Counted from the stretch's first letter, positions 9,479-19,815 are shown. The stretch: DNA of 64,000 nt from Candidatus Krumholzibacteriota bacterium (GCA_963727455.1 CAVSGG010000009.1:128001-192000); one strand, 5' to 3'. Translations and numbers: made by a program. Notes: a model not told the origin generated them from the letters alone.

Positions 9479-10798
9479 CTATCCTCCGATCGCTTCAAAC
9501 GACTCCTCCAGAATTTTCAGTGCCTCGTCGATCTCACTCTCACCCAATGTCATGGGCGGCGAGATTCTGATGACGTTTCCGTGCAGTCCGCCCTTCCCGA
9601 TGAGAAGGCCTCGTTTCTTGGTTTCCTCGAAGAGCCGGCCCACCGCCTGGGGATTCGGAGTGCGGTCGCCGCCGATTTCGTCCACCACGAGTTCCAGACC
9701 CTGCATCAGACCCATCCCTCGGACATCTCCCAGAATCTTGGGGTGTTTCCTTTGGATCTCTTCGAGTCCGGCGCGCAGGCGGGCGCCCATCTTCTCGCTG
9801 TTTTGCGGGATCTTCTCCTCTTCCATGACCTGCAGCGTGGCATTGGCCGCGGCGCAGGACATCGGGTTGCCGCCGAAGGTCGAGATGGTCAGCTTCTTGA
9901 AGCTGTCCGCGATCTCCGGGGTGGCGATCGTCACTCCCAGGGGCATCCCGTTCGCCACGCCCTTGGCCATGGTCATGATCTCCGGCTGCACGCCCCAGTG
10001 CTCGATTCCAAAGAACTTCGAACCGGTGCGGCCGAAGCCGGTCTGAACCTCGTCGCAGATGAAGACTCCTCCGTAGCGTCTGACGATCTCCACTGCCTTC
10101 TGGAAATACTCCGGCGGAGGCGTGACGAAGCCGCCCACACCCTGAATCGGTTCGGCCAAGAAGCCCGCGACATGTCCCGTGGTCGTGGTCTGGATGAGTT
10201 CCTCGATGTCCTGCGCGCACTTGATCTCGCAAGAGGGGTATTTCAAGCCGAGAGGGCAACGGTAGCAGTAGGGAGCCATCGCGTGTTTGACCCCCGCGAT
10301 CTGCGTGCTCACCGCGCGCCACGGAGCGTGCGCGGTGAGAGATTGCGCCAGCATGGAGCGTCCGGAATACCCGTGGCGCAGAGCGATGATCTCCTGCGCC
10401 CCCGTGTAGACCTGAGCCAGCGCGACGGCGGTCTCGTCGGCCTCGGTTCCCGAAGCGGTGAAGAAGCTCTTGCTCAGCTTGCCCGGGGTCAACCTGGCGA
10501 GCCTCTCCGCCAATTCGACGATGGGAAGGGTGGGAAAGAGCGTCGACACGTGACCGAGACGATCGATTTGAGCCTTCAGCGGCTCGGTCACGCGCGGATC
10601 GCAGTGTCCGATGGAGACGGTGAGGATGCCGCCGAAGAAATCGAGGTACTCCTTACCGTCGTAATCCTTGAGACGCAGACCGTTTCCGCTCTGCAGCGCA
10701 ATCGGCTCCTGATAGTAGTTCGCCACGCTGGGCCAAAGATAGCGCGCGTGCTTCTCGCGAATTTCCGATGCCTTGCTCTTGGCCTTGGTCTCGCTCAT
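9479..10798 (-). CDS. class III PLP aminotransferase (beta-alanine/3-aminoisobutyrate aminotransferase, AGXT2/PydD-like)
   Basis: FICDEVQTGFGRTG, MAKGVANG (PLP Lys), STFGGNP; operon context. Confidence 0.88.
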   Translation of the reverse strand: MSETKAKSKASEIREKHARYLWPSVANYYQEPIALQSGNGLRLKDYDGKEYLDFFGGILTVSIGHCDPRVTEPLKAQIDRLGHVSTLFPTLPIVELAERLARLTPGKLSKSFFTASGTEADETAVALAQVYTGAQEIIALRHGYSGRSMLAQSLTAHAPWRAVSTQIAGVKHAMAPYCYRCPLGLKYPSCEIKCAQDIEELIQTTTTGHVAGFLAEPIQGVGGFVTPPPEYFQKAVEIVRRYGGVFICDEVQTGFGRTGSKFFGIEHWGVQPEIMTMAKGVANGMPLGVTIATPEIADSFKKLTISTFGGNPMSCAAANATLQVMEEEKIPQNSEKMGARLRAGLEEIQRKHPKILGDVRGMGLMQGLELVVDEIGGDRTPNPQAVGRLFEETKKRGLLIGKGGLHGNVIRISPPMTLGESEIDEALKILEESFEAIGG

Positions 10799-12183
10799 CG
10801 CAGTCCCCCGTCGAGAGTTCGTTTCAAATAGCGTCCCGCGCCCTTCTCCACTTTCAAGTCGCCGTTCTGGTACTGAACGCGGCCATTGACCACCACGGTC
10901 GAAGCAGCGCCCTTCAACTTGAAGCCCTCGAAGATGCTGCGGTCCACGTGGTGGTGGTGCGTCTTGGCCGAGATGGTCGCGCTAGCCTCGGGATCGAAGA
11001 CCACCAGATCGGCATCCGCGCCCACGGTAATGCTGCCCTTGCGCGGATAGAGCCCGAAGATCTTGGCCGCGCGCGTGGAGCTGAGATCGACGAACTGGTG
11101 CAGGTCGATCTTTCCCTCGAGAACTCCGTAAGTGTAGAGCAGGGCGAGGCGGTGTTCGATTCCGGCCGCGCCGTTGGGAATGAGCCTGAAGTCGTCCTTG
11201 CCCATCTCCTTCTGGCCCTTCTGATTGAAGGGACAGTGGTCGGTGGCCACGGTCTGCAGAATCCCCGCCTTGAGAGCGGCCCACAGCACCTCCTGATGAC
11301 CCTTGGGCCGGATCGGAGGCGACATCACGTAGGCCGCGCCCTCGAAATCGGGCTTCTCGTACACGCTGTCATCCAGGAGGAGGTACTGGGTGCAGGTCTC
11401 GCCGTAGACCGTCTGCCCCTGCTCTCTCGCCCGCGCGATGGCACGCACCGAGGGCTCGCAGGTCACGTGCACCACGTAGAGCGAGCTCTCGTTCATGCGC
11501 GACAACATGATGGCACGCGCGGTGGCCTCGCCCTCGACAGAAGGCGGGCGCGACAGGGCGTGATACTTGGGTTCGCGCAGTTTGGCGTTGAACAGTTTGT
11601 TCTGCAGTTCGACGACCATATCGCCGTGCTCGGCGTGCACCGTCACCAGTGCGTTCAGATCGCGCGCGCACTTCATGACCTCGATGAGCTCGGGATCTTC
11701 CACTCCGATGGCGCCCCGGTAGGCCATGAAGGTCTTGAAGGAGGGAATTCCCTCCTCCTGCACGCAGCGGCGCATGAGGTCGGCGGTATCCTCCCCCCAC
11801 CAGGTGATGGCCATGTGGAAGGCGTAGTCACTCACGGACTTCTGCGCCTTTTCGTACCACCACTTCAGGGCCTCGTCGTAGGAATCGCCGCGCCCGGGGA
11901 TGACGAAATCGATGATGCTGGTGGTCCCTCCCGCCACGCCGGCCGCGGTTCCCGTTTCGAAATCATCCGCGGATACCGTCCCCATGAACGGCAGCTCCAT
12001 GTGAACGTGCGGGTCGAGCCCTCCGGGGAAGACATACTGCCCCGATGCATCGACGACTTCATCCTTGGAGCTGGCTTCGAGCTTCGGACCGAGGGCGACG
12101 ATCTTCCCGTCCTCGCAGCGAATGTCGCCGAGGTAGCGGTCGATTGCCGTCACGATCGTTCCGTTTTTGATGAGCACGCCCAT
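10795..12183 (-). CDS. hydA: dihydropyrimidinase
   Basis: PGGLDPHVH metal motif, SFKTFMAY (carboxylated Lys), VHAE, ATDHCPF; AAGGAG RBS before the ATG at 12183. Confidence 0.95.
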   Translation of the reverse strand: MGVLIKNGTIVTAIDRYLGDIRCEDGKIVALGPKLEASSKDEVVDASGQYVFPGGLDPHVHMELPFMGTVSADDFETGTAAGVAGGTTSIIDFVIPGRGDSYDEALKWWYEKAQKSVSDYAFHMAITWWGEDTADLMRRCVQEEGIPSFKTFMAYRGAIGVEDPELIEVMKCARDLNALVTVHAEHGDMVVELQNKLFNAKLREPKYHALSRPPSVEGEATARAIMLSRMNESSLYVVHVTCEPSVRAIARAREQGQTVYGETCTQYLLLDDSVYEKPDFEGAAYVMSPPIRPKGHQEVLWAALKAGILQTVATDHCPFNQKGQKEMGKDDFRLIPNGAAGIEHRLALLYTYGVLEGKIDLHQFVDLSSTRAAKIFGLYPRKGSITVGADADLVVFDPEASATISAKTHHHHVDRSIFEGFKLKGAASTVVVNGRVQYQNGDLKVEKGAGRYLKRTLDGGLR

Positions 12184-12208
12184 GGTCACTCCTTTGTCGC
12201 GGGCTGAA

Positions 12209-13081
12209 TCAGGGGAGAAGATTCGTCATGTCTCCGTAGGTCTCCGGCCGGCGGTCCCTGTAGAACTGCCACACCTGGCGCACCTCCTCGATCATGTCGA
12301 GGTCGAGATCGGCATGCACGAGTTCGTCCTTGTCTTCGCTGGCCTCGACGAGGAAGTTCCCGCGCGGATCCACGAAATAACTGCTGCCGTAGAAACGTCC
12401 GATGCCCCAAGGCTGCTCGGTTCCCACCCTGTTGATACAGCCCATGAAATAGCCGTTGGCAACCGCGTGAGCCGGTTGCTCCAGCTTCCATAGATATTGC
12501 GAGAGCCCGGCGACGGTCGCGGAGGGATTGAAGACGATCTCCGCCCCGTTGAGACCCAGAAGGCGCGCACCCTCGGGGAAATGGCGATCGTAGCAGATGT
12601 ACACTCCCACCTTGGCGTACGCGGTTTGAAACACGGGATAGCCCAGATTGCCCGGCTTGAAGAAATATTTCTCCCAGAATCCCGAAGTGTGCGGAATGTG
12701 GTTCTTGCGATACTTGCCCAGGTACTTGCCGTCGGCGTCGATCACCGCAGCCGTGTTGTAGTAGACGCCCGCTTGTTCCCGCTCGTAGACCGGCACCACC
12801 AGGACCATCTGGTGCTTCTTCGCGTAGGGAGTCATGACTTCCACCGTGGGCCCGGGCACCGGCTCGGCCGCGGCGTACCAGCGCTTGTCCTGCGAGGGAC
12901 AGAAGTAGGGACCGTTGAAGATCTCCTGCAGACAGAGGATCTTGACCCCCGCCTTGCCCGCCTCTTCCACCAGGGGAAGATGTCTCTCCAGGGCGGCCGC
13001 CTGGATTTCCGCTACCTCACGAGATTCATCGTTGATGGGATTCGAACACTGGATGAGACCGCCACGAACGACTCTGGACAC
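12209..13081 (-). CDS. beta-ureidopropionase (nitrilase-family C-N hydrolase)
   Basis: catalytic triad LQE, YRKNHIP, YICYDRHFPE; operon context. Confidence 0.92.
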   Translation of the reverse strand: MSRVVRGGLIQCSNPINDESREVAEIQAAALERHLPLVEEAGKAGVKILCLQEIFNGPYFCPSQDKRWYAAAEPVPGPTVEVMTPYAKKHQMVLVVPVYEREQAGVYYNTAAVIDADGKYLGKYRKNHIPHTSGFWEKYFFKPGNLGYPVFQTAYAKVGVYICYDRHFPEGARLLGLNGAEIVFNPSATVAGLSQYLWKLEQPAHAVANGYFMGCINRVGTEQPWGIGRFYGSSYFVDPRGNFLVEASEDKDELVHADLDLDMIEEVRQVWQFYRDRRPETYGDMTNLLP

Positions 13082-13118
13082 TTGTTTCCTCCTCTGTGCG
13101 CCGCTGTACGAATGAAGG

Positions 13119-14564
13119 CTAGAACCAGCGGGAAATGACGACTTTCTTGTCGGTATAGAAATCGAAGGAGTCCCGGCCGTGACCTTTCAGGTCGCCGAAG
13201 AAGCTGCCCTTCGCACCGCCAAAACTGAAATAGGACATCGGCGCGGCAACCCCGATGTTGACGCCGGTCATGCTGGCGTTCACCCGGTACTTGAACTCGC
13301 GCGCCGCCTTGCCGTCCTGGGTGAAGATGCTCGTCGCATTGGCGAGCGGGTGAGCGGTCGCGATCTCGATGGCCTCCTGGAGGTTCTCGACCCGGATCAT
13401 GCTCAAGACCGGTCCGAAGATCTCCTCCTGGGCAATGACCATCTCGCGGTCGACCTTGTCGAAGAGGGTCGGACCCACGAAGAAGCCCTTTTCGGGCAGA
13501 TTCTTGCGGCCATCGACCAGAAGCTCCGCTCCCTCCTGCACACCCTTCTCGATGTAACCCAGAACCTTTTCTTTGTGCGTGGCCGAGATCACCGGACCCA
13601 TGTCCGTGCCGTCCTTCAGCCCGTCGCCCATTTTCATGTTTGCCAGTTCTTTCACGAGCCCGTCCTTCACCCATTCCTGCGCCTCGCCCACGTTCAAGAG
13701 CACGCTCGCGGCCAGGCAGCGCTCGCCGGCGCAGCCGTAGGCCGAAGCGATGATCTGGGAGAGAGTCTCCTCGCGCTTGGCATCGGGCATGACGACCAGG
13801 AAATTCTTGGCTCCGCCGAGAGCCTGCACCCGCTTCCCGTTGGCCGCGGCTTCGCGATAGACGTACTGGGCGACGGGACTGCTTCCCACGAAGGAGACCC
13901 CGGCCACTTGGGGGTGAGAGACGATGCGATTCACCACGTCCTTGGCCCCGTTCACCAGGTTCAATACTCCCGGCGGGAACCCGACCTCGTCGATCAACTC
14001 GAAAAGCAGCTTCTGGCTGAGAGGCACCTGTTCGCTGGGCTTGCACACGAAAGTGTTCCCGCAGGCCACCGCGAAGGGATAGAACCACAGCGGCACCATC
14101 GCGGGGAAATTGAAGGGAGCGATGCAGGCGAAGACCCCCAGGGGCTGCCGCACCGCTTCGCAGTCGATGCCCGATGCGACATCTTCCAGACTCTGACCCA
14201 TGAGCAGCGAGGGGGCGCCGGTCGCCACGTCCACGCACTCGATGCCGCGGCGGACGCTTCCCCGCGCCTCGGGCAGAGTCTTTCCGTGTTCACGCGTGAG
14301 GGTCGCCGCGATCTCCTCGAAGCGATCCTCCAGGAGCTGCTTGAATTTGAAGAGGTATTGGGTGCGCTGCGCGGGAGGCGTCGTGCGCCAGTCGGCGAAA
14401 GCCTTCTGAGCCGCCGAGACTGCCCGGTCCACGTCCGAGGCTTTGGACAGGGGAACTTCCGCGAGGATCTCCTCGGTGGCCGGATTGCGTACCTTCAGGT
14501 ACTCGCTCGCATCCGCCTCCACCCATTTTCCATCAATGTAATTCCGCAGCTTTTGCACTGACAT
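13119..14564 (-). CDS. mmsA: CoA-acylating (methyl)malonate-semialdehyde dehydrogenase
   Basis: PFNFPAMVPLW, KPSEQVP, ALGGAKN, GCAGERCLA, EEIFGPV; GGAGG RBS before the ATG at 14564. Confidence 0.93.
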   Translation of the reverse strand: MSVQKLRNYIDGKWVEADASEYLKVRNPATEEILAEVPLSKASDVDRAVSAAQKAFADWRTTPPAQRTQYLFKFKQLLEDRFEEIAATLTREHGKTLPEARGSVRRGIECVDVATGAPSLLMGQSLEDVASGIDCEAVRQPLGVFACIAPFNFPAMVPLWFYPFAVACGNTFVCKPSEQVPLSQKLLFELIDEVGFPPGVLNLVNGAKDVVNRIVSHPQVAGVSFVGSSPVAQYVYREAAANGKRVQALGGAKNFLVVMPDAKREETLSQIIASAYGCAGERCLAASVLLNVGEAQEWVKDGLVKELANMKMGDGLKDGTDMGPVISATHKEKVLGYIEKGVQEGAELLVDGRKNLPEKGFFVGPTLFDKVDREMVIAQEEIFGPVLSMIRVENLQEAIEIATAHPLANATSIFTQDGKAAREFKYRVNASMTGVNIGVAAPMSYFSFGGAKGSFFGDLKGHGRDSFDFYTDKKVVISRWF

Positions 14565-14606
14565 TGCCGCCTCCAAGCTCAAACGACGATCTCTAAGGGG
14601 TAGCTA

Positions 14607-14617
14607 TCAATCTACCA
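14607..14617 (-). promoter_or_regulatory. extended -10 element of the pyrimidine catabolic operon
   Basis: minus strand TG-G-TAGATT about 44 nt upstream of the mmsA start. Confidence 0.35.
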
Positions 14618-14695
14618 CAGGAGCCGGCTGGGGGGCACGCATGAATTCGCGCGTATTGTCCCGTGTACCATGCCCCCACAGAGGCGCTGACGGAG

Positions 14696-14735
14696 AATAA
14701 GGAACGGCCCCGAACTCTCCGTTCGGGACCGTTCC
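14696..14735 (-). terminator. intrinsic terminator after the multicopper oxidase gene
   Basis: minus-strand hairpin GGAACGGTCCCGAAC-GGAGA-GTTCGGGGCCGTTCC followed by TTATT. Confidence 0.7.
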
Positions 14736-14777
14736 ACACTTCCAAAACGACGCTCGGCCGTCGGAGACTACCTCCAG

Positions 14778-17045
14778 CTACTTGGCAAGTACCAACTTCT
14801 GCACCGTATGACCGTAGCTGGTTTCCAATCTTGCAAAGTAGGTTCCACTGGAGACGGGCGATCCGGAACGATCTTTACCGTTCCAGACCACACTGTAGCT
14901 ACCCGGCTTCTGATCGCCTTGCATGAGCACGTCGACCAGTCGGCCACGTACATCGTACACGACGAGATGGACGTGGCTTGGCTGCGGCAACTCGAACGCG
15001 ATCTTGGTCGCCGGATTGAAGGGATTGGGTGAAAGATGCAGGGCGAGTGCGCCGGAACTCGAGTCCGATTCTCTCCTGAATGCCATGTTGCCGTCGTGAC
15101 ACGCATAGGGCATGTCGAATTCCGGACTCCAGGGACCGACGTGGTAGGCCCGCATCATCTCGTGGTCTTCGTGGCTCAAGATGTGACAGTGATACACATA
15201 GCGACCCGGACGATCGAATCGCGCCATGATCCGGGTGACTTCACCAGGATACATCACTGCGGTGTCCTTCCAGCCAGCTTCCTCAGGCATGGGCGGCTTG
15301 ACCGCGCCGTACTTCTTTATGTTCTCCATCGTGAATCCAGTACCGATGCTGCCGTCGTGCTGGACGATCTCCTTCGGCACGAGGTCCGCCTTGAAGCGTT
15401 GACGATCCAGGATCTGGTAGCTGACTAGATGCACGTGGAAGGGATGAGCATCACCGGTCGTGTTGTAGACCTCCCAGATCTCGACGTCGTCGAGCCCGGG
15501 ATTCTCGGTGATCGGTGCCTTGCACTCGTCCCAAACCAGGGACCCGTCCTGCATTTCCCCGGTCACATCGACCGCGGGCTCGGCCAGTCCCAGTAGAGGT
15601 TGCAGACGTCCCTTGTCGTCCAGACCCTCGTAGAGGGCCAGTTTCCGGGTGCGTGCCACGGTATCGGCTCCGGTGATGTCGGCCGGAGTGATCGGGGCAG
15701 CTCTCAGAGTGGCGGGGATCAGGTTGTTGGTGTCGTCCGTGACCACGCCCCCCACGTTGAAGGCCATGATCTGTCCCGCAGTCATCGGATCCACCGTAGC
15801 ACCCGCAGGATAGGGTCCTCGGGCATTGTTCTTCATGACAATCTGCTGACCCGCGTATGAGCTAAAGTCGACCAGAACGTCATAGCGTTCCCCGGGAGCG
15901 ATCACGAGCTTGTCCGTCATGACTGGCTGATAGAGCAATCCGTCGTCGTTCCCGATGACGTTGAAGTTCACGGAAACAGCGCCGGCAGCGAGCCACAGCT
16001 TGTAGACCCGTGAGTCCGAACCATTGAGCAAACGGAGACGGTAGATCCGTGGCTCGACCTCCATCTTGGGCCAGGGCACCCCGTTGACGAGGATGAAGTT
16101 ACCGAAGAACTCGGCCAACGCGCTGGGCGGAGTTACCAGCGGATTGTCTCCGATGAACTCATCCCACGCCGGATCCCCCGGATTCGCGGGATAGAAATGT
16201 TGACCTGAGCGATCGAACATGTGGTCCTGAATCACCAGAAGCCGCTCGTACGGATGCACGGGAAGACCAACTGGGTTGTCTGCCAGTCCGGTGTCGAACT
16301 CATCGCGGATGATGTAGAAACCCGCGAGTCCCGCGTAGACGTTCAGGCGGGTGATCCCCAGGCCGTGGTCGTGGTACCAGACGGTCCCCGCCTGCTGATC
16401 GTTGTCGTAGACGTAGGTTTCCTTGACCCAGCGTGGACCGACGACTCGGTAACCCGGAGTGAACCAATACTCGGGATTTCCGTCACTTTGAGCCTCGGTG
16501 TGACCACCGTGGACGTGGGGCACGACGGGAACGCCATCGGTGGCCAGACTGTTCAGTTCATACCCGGGCAATGCAAAAGCCCAGTGAAGACTCTCGTCGA
16601 CTGGCAAGAGATGGGGTAGTACGGGACCATCCTCCGTTCCATCGGTGGTCAAATTGTTCGACCACCGCACTCGGACCTGACGATCCTTGTGGACGACGAA
16701 GGTGCGTCCCGGATAGGTCGCGTTGGGAAAGCCCGGGCCGGTCCCGTATCCCCATACCCTGGTCAGCAGGGGTTCTCCGGTCACCGGATCGACGAGTCCC
16801 AGAGCTTGTTCGACCTGGTACATACCGATTTCGTAATAGTCGTACGATCCCATGTCCGTGGGCTGATAGATGAACCCGGGCGCCAGAGCGTCGGGAACCT
16901 CGTTCACGAACTTCGGTTGGGTCGCGGGATCGAGCAGTAGGGGTTGGGAGGAACTCGTAACGGGGACCAGGAGCATGAGTGTTGTGGCTAGGATCAGGGA
17001 TACGAATGCAAATCGTGTCCCGACCCTCGTGGTGGAGACATTCAT
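14778..17045 (-). CDS. secreted multicopper oxidase (CotA/bilirubin oxidase-like) with C-terminal FlgD-Ig/T9SS-like domain
   Basis: Cu motifs HVHG, WYHDH, HPFHVH and HCHILSHEDHEMM; N-terminal signal peptide; C-terminal PNPFNP...VYDVRGRLV...WNGKD..G..VSSGTYF. Confidence 0.92.
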   Translation of the reverse strand: MNVSTTRVGTRFAFVSLILATTLMLLVPVTSSSQPLLLDPATQPKFVNEVPDALAPGFIYQPTDMGSYDYYEIGMYQVEQALGLVDPVTGEPLLTRVWGYGTGPGFPNATYPGRTFVVHKDRQVRVRWSNNLTTDGTEDGPVLPHLLPVDESLHWAFALPGYELNSLATDGVPVVPHVHGGHTEAQSDGNPEYWFTPGYRVVGPRWVKETYVYDNDQQAGTVWYHDHGLGITRLNVYAGLAGFYIIRDEFDTGLADNPVGLPVHPYERLLVIQDHMFDRSGQHFYPANPGDPAWDEFIGDNPLVTPPSALAEFFGNFILVNGVPWPKMEVEPRIYRLRLLNGSDSRVYKLWLAAGAVSVNFNVIGNDDGLLYQPVMTDKLVIAPGERYDVLVDFSSYAGQQIVMKNNARGPYPAGATVDPMTAGQIMAFNVGGVVTDDTNNLIPATLRAAPITPADITGADTVARTRKLALYEGLDDKGRLQPLLGLAEPAVDVTGEMQDGSLVWDECKAPITENPGLDDVEIWEVYNTTGDAHPFHVHLVSYQILDRQRFKADLVPKEIVQHDGSIGTGFTMENIKKYGAVKPPMPEEAGWKDTAVMYPGEVTRIMARFDRPGRYVYHCHILSHEDHEMMRAYHVGPWSPEFDMPYACHDGNMAFRRESDSSSGALALHLSPNPFNPATKIAFELPQPSHVHLVVYDVRGRLVDVLMQGDQKPGSYSVVWNGKDRSGSPVSSGTYFARLETSYGHTVQKLVLAK

Positions 17046-17308
17046 GTTCTCGTGCCTTTCTGGGGGAATAGGCGCGATGGGCGTGGTTCCCTTCACAAAT
17101 TTCCCAAGGATGTGAGCGTGTGGGATTGGCGTGGGGTATGCCGAAGGGACCAGGCCTCATCGAGACGATCGTAGCCGGGTGTCTGGAACGGCCGCAAGCA
17201 AAAATACGATCATCAGATCCTTTTCATTTTTTTACGCCCTGACAAGGACAACTTCCGGATCAGAGCATTGGCCCGGCCCAGGAACGCTCAATGCTGTCAT
17301 TGGGGACA

Positions 17309-17962
17309 TCACCCGCGAATCGGGCATCGCAGCATCGCCCTGGTCCAGGCGTGCCGATGGAGCGGTCCGTCTCCGTGGCGATGCTCCTCGCCCAGAACTT
17401 CCTCGTGGTGCAACACTTCATAGCCGGCAAAGAGCCGCAGAATCTCGCGCGGCAGAAGGAAGGTGCGCCGGCTTCCCTCCGCATCGAGGAAGCTGTTCTT
17501 GCCTGAAGGACTCCACTTCGCCGAAATGCGCGCGTAGGATGGATCTTCGCTCGTGAAGGCGGTCGCCACCAGAATACCGGACGGGGCGAGCCATCGATCA
17601 ACCCTCTCCTTCAAGAGCCGCAGCTCGGCCCTCGAGAGAATCGGGATGAGTCCTAAAGCGAGCACAGTACCGAAGCTTGCCTCGCCCGCGTCGAACTCTT
17701 GAAAGCGATCCGCGTGGACGCCCAGCGACAGTCCCTCCATCGCGGCCACTTCCCGCACCGCTGCGCGCGCCGTCTTCGAGGGCTCGATACCCTCGACGCG
17801 AAAGCCTCTGCGCGCGAGCCAGAGCGCGTTTCGTCCCTGCCCCATCCCCAAGTCCAGCACGGGCCACGCCGGATCGAGAGTATCCAGATGGGCGAGCAGA
17901 AACCCATCCGGCTCGGCGCCGAAATAGCGGTCGCTGGCCCGATATGCGGTGTCATAGGACAT
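17309..17962 (-). CDS. class I SAM-dependent methyltransferase (TehB-like)
   Basis: VLDLGMGQGRNALWLA; C-terminal EHRHGDGPLHRH. Confidence 0.85.
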   Translation of the reverse strand: MSYDTAYRASDRYFGAEPDGFLLAHLDTLDPAWPVLDLGMGQGRNALWLARRGFRVEGIEPSKTARAAVREVAAMEGLSLGVHADRFQEFDAGEASFGTVLALGLIPILSRAELRLLKERVDRWLAPSGILVATAFTSEDPSYARISAKWSPSGKNSFLDAEGSRRTFLLPREILRLFAGYEVLHHEEVLGEEHRHGDGPLHRHAWTRAMLRCPIRG

Positions 17963-18104
17963 GGAACACTCTCCAAAGCGGACGAATCGACCCGTGTTTC
18001 GCCGAACGCATTGACCATAGCAGATTCAGAGGCCATGATGCGCGAGACGAGAGCGAGCACCCTGAAATCGCATCGAATCGCGCCTGGAACTGGACGGGGG
18101 AATC

Positions 18105-19454
18105 ATGGATCCGAAAAAGGCACTCCTGCAGATCGTGATGGTTCTGATAGCGATCCTGGTCGGGATCGGCTTTCTCTTTCTCAGACAGAGGGTTCCTCCG
18201 GTCACGGCGCGTTTCGATCCACTTCCCGTCGCTCTGGGAAACTCCCAAGAGCTCACTCTACAGCTCGATGCCGCCCGAGGCGGAGTGCGCTCGGTGCGAG
18301 TGGAACTCGTCCAGGCCGATCGCTCTCTTCCGCTCTACGCGGCGAGCTTCGATTCCTCGGGAATCGACCAGCGCCGGCTCACCTTCAAGGTGCAGCCCGG
18401 TCTGCAAAATGCGCGCGAGGGTGACAGCCGGCTGGAGGTTTACGCCAGCGACGGATTCTGGCGCCTGAAGCCGGTGGACAAAAAGCCGGTTCTGAGCGTC
18501 CCGGTCATGGTGGACCTGACTCCTCCCAAGTTGGAAATCATCTCCTACACCCGTTATGTCTCGCAGGGTGGCGCCGCGGTGGCGGTGCTCGGCAGCTCGG
18601 ATGCCCAGAAGGTCGGAGTTGAAATCAAAGGCCACTTCTATCCGGCGAGCCCGGCCGGTGACCCGGCCAAGGGGCTCCACGTGTGCTTCTTCGCGATCCC
18701 CTACGACCAACCCACCGACGAAAATCCGCTGGCGGTGAGCGTGGATGCCGCGGGGAACCGCACCACGAGAATCATTTCCACCGTGATCGCCACGCGCGAC
18801 TTCAAGCATGGCAGCGTCACTCTGAAGCGCGAGTTTCTCGCTTCCAAGCTGCCCGAGCTCTTGCCCCAACGGGGCGAGATCGCGCCCGAGGATTATGGCG
18901 AGGCCTTCAAGTACGTGAGCACCGTCCTCCGCGCCAAAGCGGAGAACGAGATGCGTCAGCTGGCGGGACAGACGGCGCAGCATGCTCTGTGGAAGGGCGC
19001 CTTCCTGCAACCACCGAACACGCGCGTCTTCTCCAATTTCGACGAGACACGCGACTACTCTTACGAGGGGGTCGCGCTGGACACCAAGGTGCACGCGGGT
19101 TTCGACCTGGCTTCGGTGAAGCGAGCTCCCGTTCCCGCCGCGGCGGCGGGGCACGTTCTCTTCGCGGCGGACCTCGGGATTTACGGCAACACGATCCTCA
19201 TCGATCACGGGCTCGGACTTCAGACCGCCTACAGTCACCTCTCGGAAATGAGCGTCTCCGTGGGGCAGAACGTGAAGCGTGGCGAAACGATCGGCCGCAC
19301 CGGCACCACGGGACTCGCCGTCGGCGACCATCTTCACTACGAGGTTCTCGTCGGAGGAACCCCGGTAAATCCCCTGCAGTGGTGGGATGCGAAGTGGATC
19401 GACGCGAAGGTGCGGAAGGTGCTCAGCGAGGGTGGATTGGATCTGGGAATCTGA
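18105..19454 (+). CDS. M23 family metallopeptidase with N-terminal membrane anchor
   Basis: HAGFD and HLHYEV zinc motifs, YGNTILIDHG; N-terminal TM. Confidence 0.9.
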   Translation: MDPKKALLQIVMVLIAILVGIGFLFLRQRVPPVTARFDPLPVALGNSQELTLQLDAARGGVRSVRVELVQADRSLPLYAASFDSSGIDQRRLTFKVQPGLQNAREGDSRLEVYASDGFWRLKPVDKKPVLSVPVMVDLTPPKLEIISYTRYVSQGGAAVAVLGSSDAQKVGVEIKGHFYPASPAGDPAKGLHVCFFAIPYDQPTDENPLAVSVDAAGNRTTRIISTVIATRDFKHGSVTLKREFLASKLPELLPQRGEIAPEDYGEAFKYVSTVLRAKAENEMRQLAGQTAQHALWKGAFLQPPNTRVFSNFDETRDYSYEGVALDTKVHAGFDLASVKRAPVPAAAAGHVLFAADLGIYGNTILIDHGLGLQTAYSHLSEMSVSVGQNVKRGETIGRTGTTGLAVGDHLHYEVLVGGTPVNPLQWWDAKWIDAKVRKVLSEGGLDLGI

Positions 19455-19588
19455 GCGCGGCCGCCCGCATTTTCGCCCTCGAAGCGAAGCCCTGGAAATC
19501 GCGAAAAAAACTTGCCTTCGGGCCCTCCAAGACCTTCTTTCAGGCCAAGATTCCCCCTTGGCTTAGGGTCGCATTTGGAGGACATGAA

Positions 19589-19771
19589 ATGCCTGCGACA
19601 GTAGATCAGGACCTGTGTGAGGGTTGCGAAGATTGCGTGGACACCTGCCCGGTGGAGGCCATCACGGTGACCGACGGCAAGGCTCAAGTGGACGCTGACG
19701 AGTGCACGGAGTGCCAAGCCTGTATCGATCCCTGTCCCACTGACGCGATCTCCATGATCGAAGAAGACTGA
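19589..19771 (+). CDS. 2[4Fe-4S] ferredoxin (60 aa, acidic)
   Basis: CEGCEDCVDTCP and CTECQACIDPCP; GGAGG RBS; found at the 3' end of a longer spurious ORF. Confidence 0.92.
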   Translation: MPATVDQDLCEGCEDCVDTCPVEAITVTDGKAQVDADECTECQACIDPCPTDAISMIEED

Positions 19772-19815
19772 GCGACCTAGGCAAGACCGCTCCCTAACGC
19801 GGAGGAACGTTGCCC

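Noticed and set aside
9416-14561. Long plus-strand ORFs (471, 479 and 460 aa) opposite the pyrimidine operon
   Set aside because: Typical antisense ORFs produced by high-GC codon bias; no recognisable motifs
18683-19588. 362-aa ORF apparently fusing an Arg-rich region to the ferredoxin
   Set aside because: Alternative frame of the M23 gene; only the last 60 codons have an RBS and protein-like composition
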